Notes: generated by a model from the letters alone, not told the origin. A DNA stretch of 64,000 nt from Mobula hypostoma (GCF_963921235.1 NC_086097.1:103790001-103854000), one strand, 5' to 3'; positions 36,096 through 49,280 are shown, counted from the stretch's first letter. Numbers and translations: made by a program.

Positions 36096-39000
36096 AATCA
36101 TAGAATACTACAGCACAGAAACAAGCCGTTCGATCCATCAAGTCCATGCTGAACCATTAATTTGCTGAGTCCATCACCCTGCACCCAGACCATAGCCCTC
36201 CATACACCCTTCCAATCCACATACCTATCCAAATTTCTCTTACATGTTGAAATTTTACCATACCCACTCTTACCACCCTGAGTGAAGTCCTCTCTTATGT
36301 TCACTTGAACATTTTGCCTTTCACCCTTATTCATCACCTCTGGTTCTAGTCTCAGCCAACCTCAGTGGTAAAGAACTGCTTGAATTTACTTATCCTAATT
36401 TATCTATACCCATCACAATTTTATACACCTCTATGAAATCTCCCCTCATTATTCTACGCTCTAGGGAATAAAGTCCTAATCTACCTTTCCCTGTAACTCA
36501 GGCCCTCAAGTCCCAGCAATGTTCTTGTAAATTTCCTCTGCACTCCTTCCTACAGGTAGGTCACCAAAACGGCACATAACTTAGGCATCACTGACGTCTT
36601 ATACAACTTCAATATTACAATCCAGCTCCTGTGGTCAATACTTTGATTTATGAAGGCCAATGCACCAAATGCTTTCTTTATGATACTTCCGACCTGTAAT
36701 GCCACTTTCAAGGAATTATGGATCAGTATTCCCAGATCCCTCTGTTCAACCACACTCCTCAGTTACCTACTGCTCACCATACAAGTCCTACCCTGGTTTG
36801 TCCTCCCAAACTGCAACACCTCACACTTGCCTGCATTAAATTCCATCTGCTATTTTTCAGCCCATTTTTCCAGCTGGTTCAGATCCCATTGCAAGCTTTG
36901 ATAGTCTTCCTTGCTGTCTATTACACCCCCAATATTGGTGTCATCCACAAATTTGACAATTTACCACATTGGCATCCGGATCATTGACAAAGATAACAAA
37001 CAACAGACCCAACATCGATCCCTGCAGCACACCAGTCACAGACCTCCAGTCAGAGGGGCAATAATCTACTACCACTCGCTGGCTTCTCTAGGAATGAGAG
37101 GGATGAGGGGGTTACTGTATAAAGAACGTCTGGCAGCTCTTGGGCTGTATTCCCTGGAGTTCAGGAGAATGAGAGGGGAATCTCATAAAAACATTCCAAA
37201 AACTAAAAGGCCTGAACAGATTAGATATGGCAAAGTTATTTCCCATGGTAGGGGAGTCTAGGACAAGAGGGCATGACTTCAGCATTGAAAGACGTCCTTT
37301 TAGAACTGAGATGCAGAGAAGTTACTTTAGTCAGAGGGTGGTAAATCTGTGGAATTTGTTGCCACGAGTGGCTGTGGAGGCCAAGTCATTGGGTGTATTT
37401 AAGGCCAAGATAGATAGGTTCTTGATTAGCCAGAGCATCAAAGGGTATGGGGTGAAAGCAGGGGAGTGGGGATGACTGGATGAAGTGGATCAGCCCATGG
37501 TTGAATGGCGGAGCAGACTCGATGTGCCAAATGGCCTACTCCTACTCCTAAATCTTATGGTCTTATGTTCTCCCGAGAAGCCAATATCTAATCCAATTTA
37601 CTGCCTCATCTTGAATGCCAAGTGATTGAACCTTCTTGACAATCCTCCCATGTGGGATCTCATCAAAGCCCTAGCTTAAGTCCACGCAGACAACATCTAT
37701 TGCCTTATCTTCATCATCTTTCCCAGTAACTCTGTGTCCCACTCCCAAGTAAATACAAAAGCAAAAGAAAAACACATTTAAGAACTCTCCCATCTCTTTC
37801 GGCTCCATGTATAGATAAATACTCTGATCTTCCAGAGGACCAATTTTGTTTCTTGCTATCATTTGCTCTTAATATATCTGTAGAAGCCCTTGGGATTCTC
37901 CTTCACCATGGCTGTTCAAGCAGCTTCATGCCTTCTTTAAGCCCTCTTGATGTCCTAAGTGTTCTCTTCATTTCTTATACTCAAGTTCTTCATTTATTCC
38001 TTCCTGCCTATACTTGCTACGTACCTCCTTTTACTCAACCAGGGCCTCAATATCTCTCAAAAACCAAGGTTTCCTAAACTTCTGACTTTTATTCTGACAA
38101 GAACATATAAACTTTGTACAAACTAAGTACACTTTTGCCAGAAAACAACCTGTCCTAATCCACATTTGCCAGATCCTTTCTGATACCATAAAAATTGGTT
38201 TTTCACCAATTTCAAATTTTAACCTGAGGACTAGACCTATCCTTCTCCAAAATTCTCTTGAGATCAATAGCATTATGATTACTGGATGCAAAGTGCTCCC
38301 CTGCACAAACTTCCTGTCACTTTCCTTGTATTATTCCCTAATAGGAGATATGGTACCTTACTCTCGAGTTGGGATCTCTATATATTGATTTCTAAGGGAA
38401 CTTTCCTGAACCCATCTGACAAGCTCTATCCTATCCAATCCTTTTACAGTGCTAGGGCATACTCTGAAGTTAGGGTATATCACAAATATTAATTTCACCA
38501 GCAACCAATCCTCAAACCTGAACATGGATTGTAGATTGAATTTAAAATACAGCCCTGAACAATAGTATTCTTGAAACTGCACACTGAAATAGATTGCAAA
38601 CGAGACAATGTTTATTAACATTCATTTTGGGTGTCTGGAGTGTGGGTGCGAACAAGGTGCCGTTTGAAAACTAAACGTAATTCAAATGAAGCACTGTAGA
38701 TACATTTTAACTATAGAATTGTACTGCTGTTACCTTTGATCTTTAGCATATATAATATCATGTAATATTGGGTTGAGTGGGCCTCTTCTTACAAGAATAT
38801 CTCAATATGATGCCTGTTGCTCATTTTTGCTGAACAAAACACTTCTATATCCACTAGCTTCTGTGTCTCTCCAGTGACTTTGTTCACAGTTACAACATTT
38901 TGGGGGCTCTGTTCCCCTGCATGAATTTCTGTCACCTGCCTTGTCTCATTCCCTAATAGGAGATACGGTATTGCACTCTCTCTAGTTGAGACCTCTACGT

Positions 39001-40940
39001 ACTGATTAAGGACACTTTCCTGAACACATATAACAAACTATCCCATTCAGCCCTTTTACAGATTGGGAGCCCCAATCAATATGTGGAAAAATAACCTATT
39101 ATCACAACCTTGTTTCTTGCAACAGTCGCAATCTCTCTACAAATTTGACCCTCCAAATCCCGTGGACTATTGGGTTGTCTGTAATATAATCCCATTAACG
39201 TGATCAACCCTTTCTTACTCCTCAGCTCCATCCATATAAGCTCAGCAGATGACCCCTCCAGTTTGTCCTGCCTGAGCACTACCATAACATTTTCCCTGAC
39301 TAGTTACGCCACCCCTCCCCCTCACATGTCTAAGGCAATGGAACTTTGGAACATTAAGCTCCCAGTCCTGTCCCTTCTGCAGCGAAGGGACATAATTCCA
39401 TATGCTGATCCATGCCCTAAACTCATTGGTATTTCCTACAATACTGAGTCTGAGGCCTCCGTCAGTCAGAGTTGACCACGGATACTGTGTACTAGCTGTC
39501 TAGATACGCAAGCATGGGCAGTACTACATGGAGAGCAAGCTGTTGCCCAAGTAGCAAGCACCCCCTCTCCACGCAACTGAACAGCAGCGACCGATGCAGT
39601 TTGATACCAGCAGCATTGCAGGAGTTGCCAGTCAGTATTGGACTTGATGTCGGACTGCTTTTGGAACTCCAGCTCCAGATTTTTCCCCTTGGGGATTTAC
39701 TCCCGAAAGCCTTCCCCATCAATGATATAGCTGCAAGGAAACTGAGGTTTGAAATCAAGAGTTTTCCCTCTCCTAGTTGAGGTGCCAACCACGGCTAATG
39801 AACCCCATCCGTCCGAAAATTCTACTTGCATTGAAAATGCACAATTTAGAACATTAATCCCACCATGATCAATCTTTCAATTTCTGACTTTATATGTAGG
39901 CTTAATAACATCTTTCCCCACAGCCACTCCAGTATCTGCTCTGGTGCTCTTGCTCCCATCCCCCGTGACCTAGCTTAACCCACTCCCCCCCGCCCCCCCA
40001 CTGCAGCACTAGTGAATCTTCCCACAAGTATATTAGTCCCCTTCCAGTTCATATGCAACCATCCCTTCTGTACAGGTCCCAATTTCTCTGGAAGAGAGCC
40101 CAATGATCCAAAAATTTGAAGCCCTCCCTCCTATACCATCACATTATCCATGTGTTAAACTGTATGATCTTCCTGTTTTTGGCCTCATTAGCACATTGCA
40201 TGGGTAGCAATCTTAACATCATAACTTTGGAGGTCCTGTCCTTCAACTTGGCACGTAACTCACTGAACTCACTTGGTAGGAGCTTGTCACCCTTCCTACC
40301 CATGTCATAGGTAGCGACATGGACCACAACCTCTGGCTACTCACCCTCCCACTTACGGCAGTGGTGGAATCAATCAAGACGTTTCTGACCCTGGCGCCTA
40401 GAAGGCAACCCAGATTACCACAGAGGTAGTTCGTTCTCATCCACAGAACCTTTTTCTATTTCCCGAAGCAATGAATCCCCTATCACTACAGCTCACCTCC
40501 TCTCTCCCTTTCCTGTGTCAGAAACCTGACTGCTGTGGCTTTCTTCTAATAAATCACTCCAATCCAACCCCCCCCACCTCTCCCCCACAGTATCCAAAAC
40601 AGTATACCTGTTGTTGATGGGAGCAGCCACAGGAGCACTGCTCTGGTTGCCTATACCCTTTCCCCCTCCTGATAGTCACCCAGTTACCCAGTTACCTGGG
40701 TCCTGCACTTGGATGCCACTACCTCCCTGTATGTCCTGTCTATCAATTCCTCAGACTCCCGAATAATCTGGAGTTTATCCGATTCCAGCTCCAGTTCTTT
40801 AACATGATCTGAAAGAAGCTGCAGCTGGATGCACCTCTTGCAGGTACAATCATCAGGGACACTGGAGGTCTTGCTGCCTTCACACATCCTAAATGAGGAA
40901 CATTCCACTATCCAGCCTGGTACCCCCACTGATCCAACAA
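36096..40940 (-). mobile_element. Composite of decayed CR1 LINE sequence (3' end to ORF1), with a nested + strand CR1 3' fragment (~37090-37567) and other inserts
   Basis: EQRDLGILIHNSLKV; MGLYYRQPNS; VHVATYDMGR; CSSFRMCE..PDDCTCKRCIQLQLL (ORF1 N-terminal Cys motif). Confidence 0.75.
39445..39817 (-). mobile_element. Short non-autonomous element, probably RTE-related (SINE-like)
   Basis: Discrete insert in CR1. Minus strand has ggcacctcaactaggagagggaaaactcttgatttcaaacc (like RTE 5' regions) and ends tggtcaactctgactgacggaggcc (like RTE 3' ends). Confidence 0.45.
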
Positions 40941-40989
40941 AAAGAAAAATTAAACAAAAAGTCTGTACATCTCCTCCTAAAATTCTCTA

Positions 40990-41610
40990 TTAGATTAGAT
41001 AAGATTATGCGGACATGCAGTTTTCTTTTATTGTCATTTAGTAATGCATGCATTAAGAAATGATACAATATTCCTCCGCTGTGGTATCACAGAAACACAA
41101 GACAGACCAAGACCGAAAAACTAACAAAAACCACATAATTATAGCATATAGTTACAACAGTGCAACAATACCATAACTTGATGAAGAACAGGCCATGGGC
41201 ACAGTAAAAAAGTTCAAAGTCTCTCGAAAGTCCCATATCTCACGCAGATGGGAGAAGGAAGAAAACTCTCCCTGCCATGCCCAACTCTGAGTCGTCCGAA
41301 AACTTTGAGCGTCCAACCAGCCCTCTGACACCAAGTACCGAGCACCATCTCTGCCGAACGCTTCGACCCCAGCCTCGGTCGCCAGCAGCAGGCAAAGACA
41401 GGGATTATGGGGCCTTCCCTCCAGAGATTCTCCATCGCACAGTAGCAGCAGCAGCGAACCGGGCATTTCAGAAGTTTCTCCAGATTTTCCTCTGTGCTTC
41501 TCACGTCTGTCTCCATCAAATCAGAATTGTGCACGGCATCCTACTTACAAATACGATATCATTTCACCAGAGAGCTGCGCGCGCTGCGTCGCGCCACCAT
41601 CTTCTCCTCC
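40990..41610 (-). mobile_element. Non-coding, non-autonomous retroelement with LINE-like ends
   Basis: Minus-strand 5' end ggaggagaagatggtggcgcgacgcagcgcgcgc (CpG-rich, YY1-like AAGATGG). 3' end has AATAAA and a (TCTAA)n-like tail. No recognisable ORF. Confidence 0.55.
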
Positions 41611-41675
41611 CGCCTGAACTTCCCACTCTAACACTGGTCATGCCGCAAAAGCCACTTCACTTAAACCTAAGCGAC

Positions 41676-42062
41676 ATACACAAAATGCTGGAGGAACTCA
41701 GCAGGCCAGGCAGCGTCTATGGAAAAGAGCACAGTCTACATTTCAGGCTGAAGCCCTTCGGCAGGACTGGAGGTAAAAAAAAAAAGCAAGCTGAGGAGTA
41801 GATTTAAAAGGTGGAGGGAGGAGAGAGAGAGAACCACCAGGTGATACGCGAAACCTGGAGGGGCAGGGATGAAGTAAAGAGCTGGGAAGTTGAGGGGAGA
41901 GAGGGAGAAGGTGATGGGAAATGGAGAAAGGAGGTGTGGAGGGCATTACCAAAAGTTTGAGAAATCAATGCTCATGACATCAGGTTGGAGGCTACCCAAA
42001 AGGAATATAAGGTGTTGTTCCTCCAACCGAAATGTGGCCTTAGCACAACAGTGGAGGAAGCC
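41676..42062 (-). mobile_element. Penelope 3' fragment (second subfamily)
   Basis: Minus strand encodes FRLEEQHLIFLLGSLQPDVMSIDFSNFW*. Terminus has a degenerate hammerhead (agtcctgccgaagggcttcagcctgaaatgtagact). Confidence 0.82.
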
Positions 42063-42084
42063 TTTTTTTTTTATTGACCCTTGC

Positions 42085-42960
42085 CAACTGCCTAATTATG
42101 CACAATCTAATGTCTCCTCGGGAACTGTGGGGTGAAGAATGTCCTGGCTGCCCCTGCTCGCTTCTTTAGAAATCGTCCTCTCGCTATGCAATCCAACGTC
42201 TCCTCAGGAACTGTGGCGTACATAAATAAGATGAACTGGGCTGTATCCACTATTTTTTGTGGGCTTTTCCATTCAAAGGGCATTGGTGTTTCCATATCAG
42301 GCCATGATGCAGCCAATCAATATACTCTCCACCATGAATATATAGAAGTTGGTCATAATTTTAGATGACATGCCAAATATGTACAAACTTCTAAGAAAGT
42401 AAAGACGCTGCCCTGCCTTCTTTGTAACTGCACTTATTGTACATGCTGGACCAAGGTCAGATCCCCTGAAATGATAACACTGACGAATTTTAAGTTGCTG
42501 ATTCTCTCTACCTCTGATCCCCTGATGAGGACTGGCTCATGAACCTCTGGTTTCCTCCTCCTGTATTCAATAAACAGCTTTAGTTTTGTGGACATTGAAT
42601 GAGAGGTTGTCAACGTGGCACCACTCAGATTTTCAATCTCCCTCTTATATGCTGATTCATCACCATCTTTGATTCAGCCAACAACTGTGGTGTGATCAGC
42701 AAACTTAAGTATGGCAGTGGAGCTGTGCTTAGTCTCACAGTCAAAAGTCTAAAGTGAGTAGAGCAGGGAGCGAAGCACACAGCCTTGTGGTGCATCTGTG
42801 CTGACAGTGGTTATGGAGATGTTGTTGCCAATCCAAATAGACTGGGGTCTGCAAGTGAGGAAATCAAGGATCAAGCACAAGGAGGTATTGAAGCCTAGTC
42901 TTGGAGCTTATTGATTAGTTTTGGTGGGATACAAGTGTTGAATGCAGAGAAATAGCCAAT
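42085..42960 (-). mobile_element. Decayed Rex1/Babar RT-to-3' fragment
   Basis: Reverse complement resembles ~25500-26150 (APQGCVLxPLLYSL, KFAD). Confidence 0.7.
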
Positions 42961-43454
42961 GAAGTATTTCAGCAACAATAGAGAAATATAATGCAATATA
43001 GAGGAATTTCAAGCTGTTGGGAGAAATGTATCTCACATTGAATTTGACAGTAAAAAGATCAATTTAGCTTTCCTGTTATCATCTGTATTCTCCCCCCAAC
43101 ACCACCCCACCAGAAAACTGATCGGATTACAACCTGATATATAGTAAGTATGCACACATTATCTCATTATACGAACAATAATAGGATTGAAAATAGTCTA
43201 TTGTTGTAACATAAAACAAACTCCCTAGCAAATCAGCAATCAGGTTTTATATCCTGCTTGACTTCATTTTCAACTGACATGCTAAACTGTTGAAAATTCC
43301 TTTTCAATTTACTATTTTAATTTGATTTCAACCCAAGCTGGTACAACATGGTACCAATTTGTCAGTTAGAAAATAAAGTACAAACATGTAAAAACAGACG
43401 TTTTCACAAGAAGCATTCATACTCCAATACATGTTTATTTTATTGCAAGTTTAA

Positions 43455-44003
43455 ATTCGTCCGAAAATTCGTACGGGCAAAGTTGACATTCGGCCGTAAA
43501 TGCCGCCATGCAGCCTGGGTTAACAATTTGGGGAGGCCCATGCCGCCTGATGACCACTCCTCTAGTATTTGGCCCTTAGTCTTCTAAACTTTTCCAATCT
43601 AAGTGCTGGGGGTTGTGGTGGAACGGGGGTCCCAACGGGGGGTCCTGGCGGTTCTGGACGGTGTTTCTCATGTGTGGCATGCTGCCTTGGCTGAACGGCA
43701 CTGTACTTTTGGTAGGGGACTAGGACTGCTGCGCTGCTCTGGGCAGCACTATGCGGGGTTGTTCTTGCCCTTGGCCAACAGGCTCTGTGGTGGGTTGGCC
43801 TATAGCTAGAGAAGTGATGACCCTCCTGATGGACCGTTATTGACCTCTGTTATCACGGACACCTTTGACTTGGATAGCTTGTACATCTTATTTCTAAGGT
43901 AACTTATTTATTCTTTCTTGCATTTCTTCTAGTGTTTGTGTATCTGTGCCTTTGTGGTGCTGCTGTGGTTTCCTTTAGGATCAGTGAAATATCTATCTAT
44001 CTA
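43455..44003 (+). mobile_element. GC/CpG-rich non-coding insert with a Rex1-like 3' tail (putative SINE-like element)
   Basis: Abrupt shift to CpG-rich sequence at ~43455. Ends tttcctttaggatcagtgaaatatctatctatct, similar to the tail of the Rex1 fragment at 21388-21425. Confidence 0.45.
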
Positions 44004-44179
44004 GTCACAGGGAGAATGTGTAACCACCACCAGGCTACAATGTAGGTCTGGATCAAACCTAGGGAATTGAATGCAACAACTGGGAGATTATGCTTCAGCA
44101 ATATAGGGCACTGGGGAAGCCACGTACAGAGTACACTTTGAGATGGCATGTTAATGCAGTGAGATCAACTTAGAGAAAG

Positions 44180-45432
44180 TTTCCTCAATAATCAGCAACT
44201 ATAACCAGAGCACCAATTGTGAGTTAAATAGTAGGGAAGGTTGAGGTATAAAAGGGAGACACTGCCTAACAGAGCGGTCATCAACTGAGTGATCTGAGGC
44301 AGAGTGGTAGAGTTTTGGCTCATTCGGGCTTTGGCAATAACGGGTCGAAGCGAGTAAGTTACCTGTGTGGAATAGAAAAGGAGGAAATCATGGAGGGATT
44401 GTCTGCTGAGTCTCTGTGGGTGGAAGTTAGAAACAGGAAGGAGGTCAATAACTCTACTGGGTGTTTTTTTTTATATATAGACCACCCAATAGTAACAGGG
44501 AGCAGATAGGGAGACAGATTCTGGAAAGGTGTAATAATAACAGGGTTGTGGTGGGAGATTTTCATTTCCCAAATATTGATTGGCATCTCCCTAGAGCAAG
44601 GGGTTTAGATGGGATGGAGTTTGTTGGGTGTGTTCAGGAAGGTTTCCTGACACAATATGTAGATAAGCCTACAAGAGGTACTTGATCTGGTATTGGGAAA
44701 TGAACCTGGTCAGCTGTCAGATCTCTCAGTGGGATCTTGGAGTCCGAGTTCATAGGACACTCAAAGCTGCTGCGCAGGTTGACTGTGTGGTTAAAAAGGC
44801 ATACGGTGCATTCGTCTTCATCAACCATGGGATTGAGTTTAAGAGCCAAGAGGTAATGTAACAGCTATATAGGACCCTGGTCAGACCCCACTTGGAGCTC
44901 TGTGCTCAGTTCTGGTCACCTCACTACAGGAAGGATGTGGAAACTATAGAAAAGGTGCAGAGGAGATTTACAAGGATGTTGCCTGGATTGGGGAGTATGC
45001 CTTACAAGAATAGGTTGAGTGAGCTTGGCCTCTTCTCCTTGGAATGACAGAGGATGAGAGGTGACCTGATAGGGGTGTATAAGATGACAAGAGGCATTGA
45101 TCATGTGGATAGTCACAGGCTTTTTTCCCAGGGCTGAAATGGCTATCACAAGAGGGCACAGCTTTAAGGTGCTTGAAAGTAGATACAGAGGAGATGTCTG
45201 GGTAAGTTTTTTTACGCAGAGAGTGGTGAGTGCGCGCAATAAGGTGCCGGCGATGGTGGTGGAGGCGGATACGATAGTGTTTTTTTAAAGAGACTCCTGG
45301 ATGGGTACATGAAGCTTAGAAAAATAGAAGGTTATGGGTAATCCAAGCTAATTTCTAATGCAAGTACATGTTCGGCACAGCATTGTGGGCCGAAGGGCCT
45401 GTATTGTGCTGAGTTTTTCTGTGTTTCTATGT
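44180..45432 (+). mobile_element. Internally deleted CR1 (5'UTR, EN and 3' end)
   Basis: IYRPPNSNRE..VVVGDFHFPNIDW joins at ~44730 directly to post-RT sequence. Tail ttttctgtgtttctatgt. Confidence 0.82.
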
Positions 45433-46215
45433 TTAAAGTCTTATTGCACTTGCTTTAGGCTATTTCCTCTGGCAGCTTATTCCACATGTAAAAAAAAATC
45501 CTTTATGTAAACAAGATTGCCCCTCAAGTTCTGATTACATCTTTCTCATCTCACCTTAAACCTACGATTTCTAGTTCTTGATTTCCCAACCCTTGGAAAA
45601 AGACTACAAGTTCACCTCTGTGCCCCTCATGGTTTTATGCATCTCTCTAAGATCACTCTCAATTTCCCACACTCCAAGGAATTAAGTCCAAGCTTGTCCA
45701 ATTTCTCACAATGACTCACTCCCTCAAGTCCTAGCAATGTGCTTGTAAATCTTTTCTGCAGTTTAATCTCATCCTTCCTATAACAGGGGACCAAAACTGA
45801 ACACAATACTCGAACAAGTTCAGCCTCAACAGCGTCCTGTACAACTGCACCATGACCTCTCAATTTTTCCATTTATTCACTGTGAAATATCTAACAATTT
45901 TACTTTGCAAAATATAAAACCTTGCACTTATCAATTTGCCATTCCTTGGCTCACTGACTCAGCTGATCAAGATTCCCTGTAGTGGTTTGATGACTCACCA
46001 AGCCTAGTACAATCTCATCAAATTTGTTGATATGGATAACAAACAACAGGCCCGACAGCAAAAAATATAGCACACCACTCATCACAGGCCTCTAGGCACA
46101 GGTTTCCAACCTTTCTTATGCCATGGGCCCCTGAACCCCAGGTTGGGAACCCCAGCTCTAGTCCAATAAACAGCCTTCCACCATCACTCTCTGCTTGGTA
46201 CCATCAAGTCAATGA
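45433..46215 (-). mobile_element. Old CR1 fragment containing a ~60-bp hAT-type MITE (~46097-46155)
   Basis: CR1-like 3' sequence. MITE arms cacaggtttccaacc / ggttgggaaccccag are flanked by ctctagg / ctctagt (Charlie-like target). Confidence 0.55.
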
Positions 46216-46343
46216 TTAGATTCTGTCCAGGTAGACATGGATTTCAATAATTGAAGCATAACAAGCAGGCACAATTGAGAACTCTTAAGAAAATGATTAC
46301 AATTTATGGATAACAAAACTGGATAAATGTTCATGCAACTCAC

Positions 46344-46460
46344 CAGTTCCTGAGTTGCAAAATTAGCAGAGTCAGAATCCACTGACCAGTAACAGTAATC
46401 AAAGGTGAACTCCATATGACGTTGCCTTGAATCACCAGGGCTTTCAACCTGTTGGTCCAG
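46344..46460 (-). CDS. STARD9: Internal coding exon (117 bp, phase 0/0) of a kinesin-3 motor domain gene, most like STARD9 (KIF16A)
   Basis: Translates LDQQVESPGDSRQRHMEFTFDYCYWSVDSDSANFATQEL, matching the STARD9 motor segment as I recall it (VDNRPDGFGDSREKVMAFGFDYCYWSVNPEDPQYASQDV). It has a canonical acceptor ttttgttttattttgtatcttgtaccag| and donor |gtgagt. Paralogue assignment versus KIF16B/KIF13/KIF1 rests on the GDSR and DYCYWSV motifs. Confidence 0.82.
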
Positions 46461-46829
46461 CTGGTACAAGATACAAAATAAAACAAAATTTAATTTCTAG
46501 ACTCTATGCCTTAACTCTTGGTAAAATTTGTGTCAATTCTATAAACTATTTTATCATGTTAGTTTATTATCCATTATATTTTATGTCCTAGAAATTTGAC
46601 AAAATAAAGCAGTCAACTTGCAATAGTACACTCAAGTTCAGAAACATCCATACACATTCATTGTCCAAGGACAATTCATTCAGTACATGATTACACATTT
46701 ACTTGCCATACTTAATTGTTCAGCAATGTTATTAATATTTTCTTTTTAAGAATTCAAATTTCTTTTTATATCAATATTTCAGGAAAAGTCACTCTGAAAA
46801 ATGTTCAAACTGCAAAATGACTAATAAAG

Positions 46830-47504
46830 AACAAAGTTAGGACTGATAAAGAATAAAAGAAGAAACATGTGCCTGGAGCCAGAAGAGGTAGGATACCTTA
46901 ATACTTTGCTTCAATATTCACCTGAGACAATATGAGGGCACCACAGAACAGGCTAATATGCTGGAACATATTGACATGACGAAAGAGGAGATACTAGATA
47001 TTTTGAAAAATATTAGGTCTAAAGTCTAAACTAAATCCCTCAAGTTACTACAGAAAGCAAGAGATGAGATGGCCACACCTTTGCGGATTATCTTTGTGTT
47101 CTCGTTAGCCACAGGAACAGAATCAGAAGATAGGAGGGGTGCAAGTATTATTCAAAGGTAATAGGGATAATCTTGGGAATTATGTACCAGTGGATCTTTT
47201 GGCAGTAGTGGGAAAAGAAACAGAGAGGATTCTTAGAGATAGTATTTGAGCATTTGGAGAAGCATTGGGATAGTCAGCATGGCTTTATAATGGGCAGGGT
47301 CGTGCCTCCTGAGCCTGATTGAATTCTTTGAGGATGTGATAAAGCATACTGAAGGTAGAGCAGTGGATGCAGCGTAGATGAGTTTTAGTAAGTGTTTGAC
47401 ACAGTTCCCCATAGTAGTCTCAAAGTCAAGAGGCATGGCATCCAGGGAAACTTGGCCACCTGGATTTAGAATTGGTTTGCCCACAGAAGGTACAGTATGG
47501 TAGT
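46830..47504 (+). mobile_element. Decayed CR1, left part (continues at 60051-60510 after the BEL insertion)
   Basis: Breaks at gcccacagaaggtacagtatggtagt and resumes at gtagtagatggagtgaattctacctggagg, collinear with the CR1 at ~2905-2960. Confidence 0.75.
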
Positions 47505-48534
47505 TGTAGGAGCCATCTGAACAGTATTCTGTTTATGTATTTATTATGATAACTAGTCACGAGTGGGGGCAAGGTAAAAGTGAAGGGGATAAGTTACATA
47601 TTCTTATCTCATTGCAGTTTGCAGCTTGGGACCAGCAGCAATTGTTCTGGTTTGGTTTTGCTGCTACAATTCTGTCAGCAAAATTTTTGACAGTTACACC
47701 AAACGAACATTCGCATTCGGACATGTCGGTGAAATTAGGAGCACCACAGTCTGGATCAGCTCGCAGCAAGTTAATGACCTTTTGTTAGTTCATGCTGTGC
47801 ATTTGGGTTTGAAACAGTTTTGAATGGTTAGCACTGCCTGTTCAATTGAGGTCTAAAAGCTGTAAGCTTTTAGTGGTGTTTGCCTGAAGTGTTCTACCCT
47901 CAGCTCTATTGAAAAGTTAAACTGAATTTGCTGTTGCTTTGTGTAGTTTGCACACTTGGAAGACAACACAAGTAAAGCAGGAAGAAATTACAGCCAAAAT
48001 GACCAAAGCTAAAGTGCTAAAGGCTTCAAGTATCGGGGGTGCTAAACATACTCATATTGCTTTCCACGGAAGTGATAACTTAAAAGACTTACATGATCAA
48101 ATAAAAATGGTACTTAACATCAAATAAAAATGGAGGTTTTCTCAGGCTGTTTCCAAAACCTCAGAACAAAAATTGAAAAAGAATGTAGCCAGTTAGCCTT
48201 TGAGACCTCACGGCCATTCATAAAGATTCTGGCTAACCTCAGCTTCATTATCCCACACCATTCCTATGTCCTTCTATTCCCTTCATATCCAGAAATTTAA
48301 CGATCACCCCAATAATAACCTTTTCAATCTCCTACGTTGCCACCTTTAAGCATCGATTGTATGTACTTCTATTCTGAAGTCCCTCAGTTCCTCAATACTT
48401 CCCAAGACCTTACTGTTCATGGTCTGTGTCCTAGACTCATGGTGTTCCCAAAACACATCACCGCACATTTGTTTGTTTAAACTCCATTTGTATTTTCTAG
48501 CCCATTTCACCAAAATATTCACACAACACCACGC

Positions 48535-48850
48535 CACAGCACCACGGTAGCGTAGTGATTACTGCGAGGCTGTTACAGCTCAAGGCATTCCGGAGCTCTG
48601 AGTCCAATTCTGGTGCCATTCTGTAAGGAGTCACCATAGATTCTCCCCAGGGAATATGTGGGTTTTCTCCACTTCCTCCAGTTTCCTCCCACAATCCAAA
48701 GACGTACCGGGCAGGTTTATTAGTCATTGCAAATTGTCCTGTGATTAGGTTAGGGTTAATAGAGTTTGTCAGGGTTGCTGGGGTAGTGGGGCTCGAAGGT
48801 CCAGAAGGGCCTACTCTGCAATGTACCACTAAATAAAAAATAAATAAATC
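48535..48850 (+). mobile_element. tRNA-derived V-SINE (HE1-like)
   Basis: tRNA-like head (ggtagcgtagtg ... gagtccaattct), V-domain-like gggttttctccacttcctccagtttcctcccacaatccaaagac, and (AAAT)n tail. Confidence 0.75.
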
Positions 48851-49280
48851 TCTCTGCAACCAAAGACTACCTTCCACACTGTCAACAACCCTGCTAATCT
48901 TTGTGTTATCTACACTTAATAATCTTCTCTTCCACATCCAATTCCAAATTATTCACGTACATTACAAGCAACAAGCGTCCTTGTGGAACTGCACTGAGCA
49001 CAGATGTCCAAATGCTAACGCAACCTTCTACCATCACACTCTTTCTTTTACTGCCAAGCTAATTTTGGGTCCAGTTTGCCAACTTGCTCTACATCCCTTG
49101 GGCTGTAACCTTTTGAACCAATCTCCACGTGGGACCATGTCAAATGTTTTACTAAAGTCCATGTTGTAATAAAAGTTTACTAAAGTCACATCTACTGTCA
49201 CACTTCACTGTCTCTTCAAATAATTCATTCAAATTGGTCAGGGAAGATCTGCCATTTTCAAAGTCAAATTGGCTGTCTGA

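Noticed and set aside
38734..38830. Possible minus-strand exon with good-looking splice sites (ttttgttcag| ... aaag|gtaac)
   Set aside because: It has stop codons in all three frames and no kinesin similarity.
42095..42216. Short direct repeat (tatgca..aatc..aa.gtctcctc.ggaactgtgg) about 85 bp apart
   Set aside because: It lies at the 3' end of a decayed Rex1-type fragment and is most simply a local duplication or a TSD around a tiny insert.
46209..46469. 86-aa track ORF as a complete protein
   Set aside because: Only 46344-46460 is kinesin-like and bounded by splice sites. The rest is intron read-through.
48535..48620. tRNA-like sequence
   Set aside because: It is the degenerate head of a V-SINE, with no complete cloverleaf.
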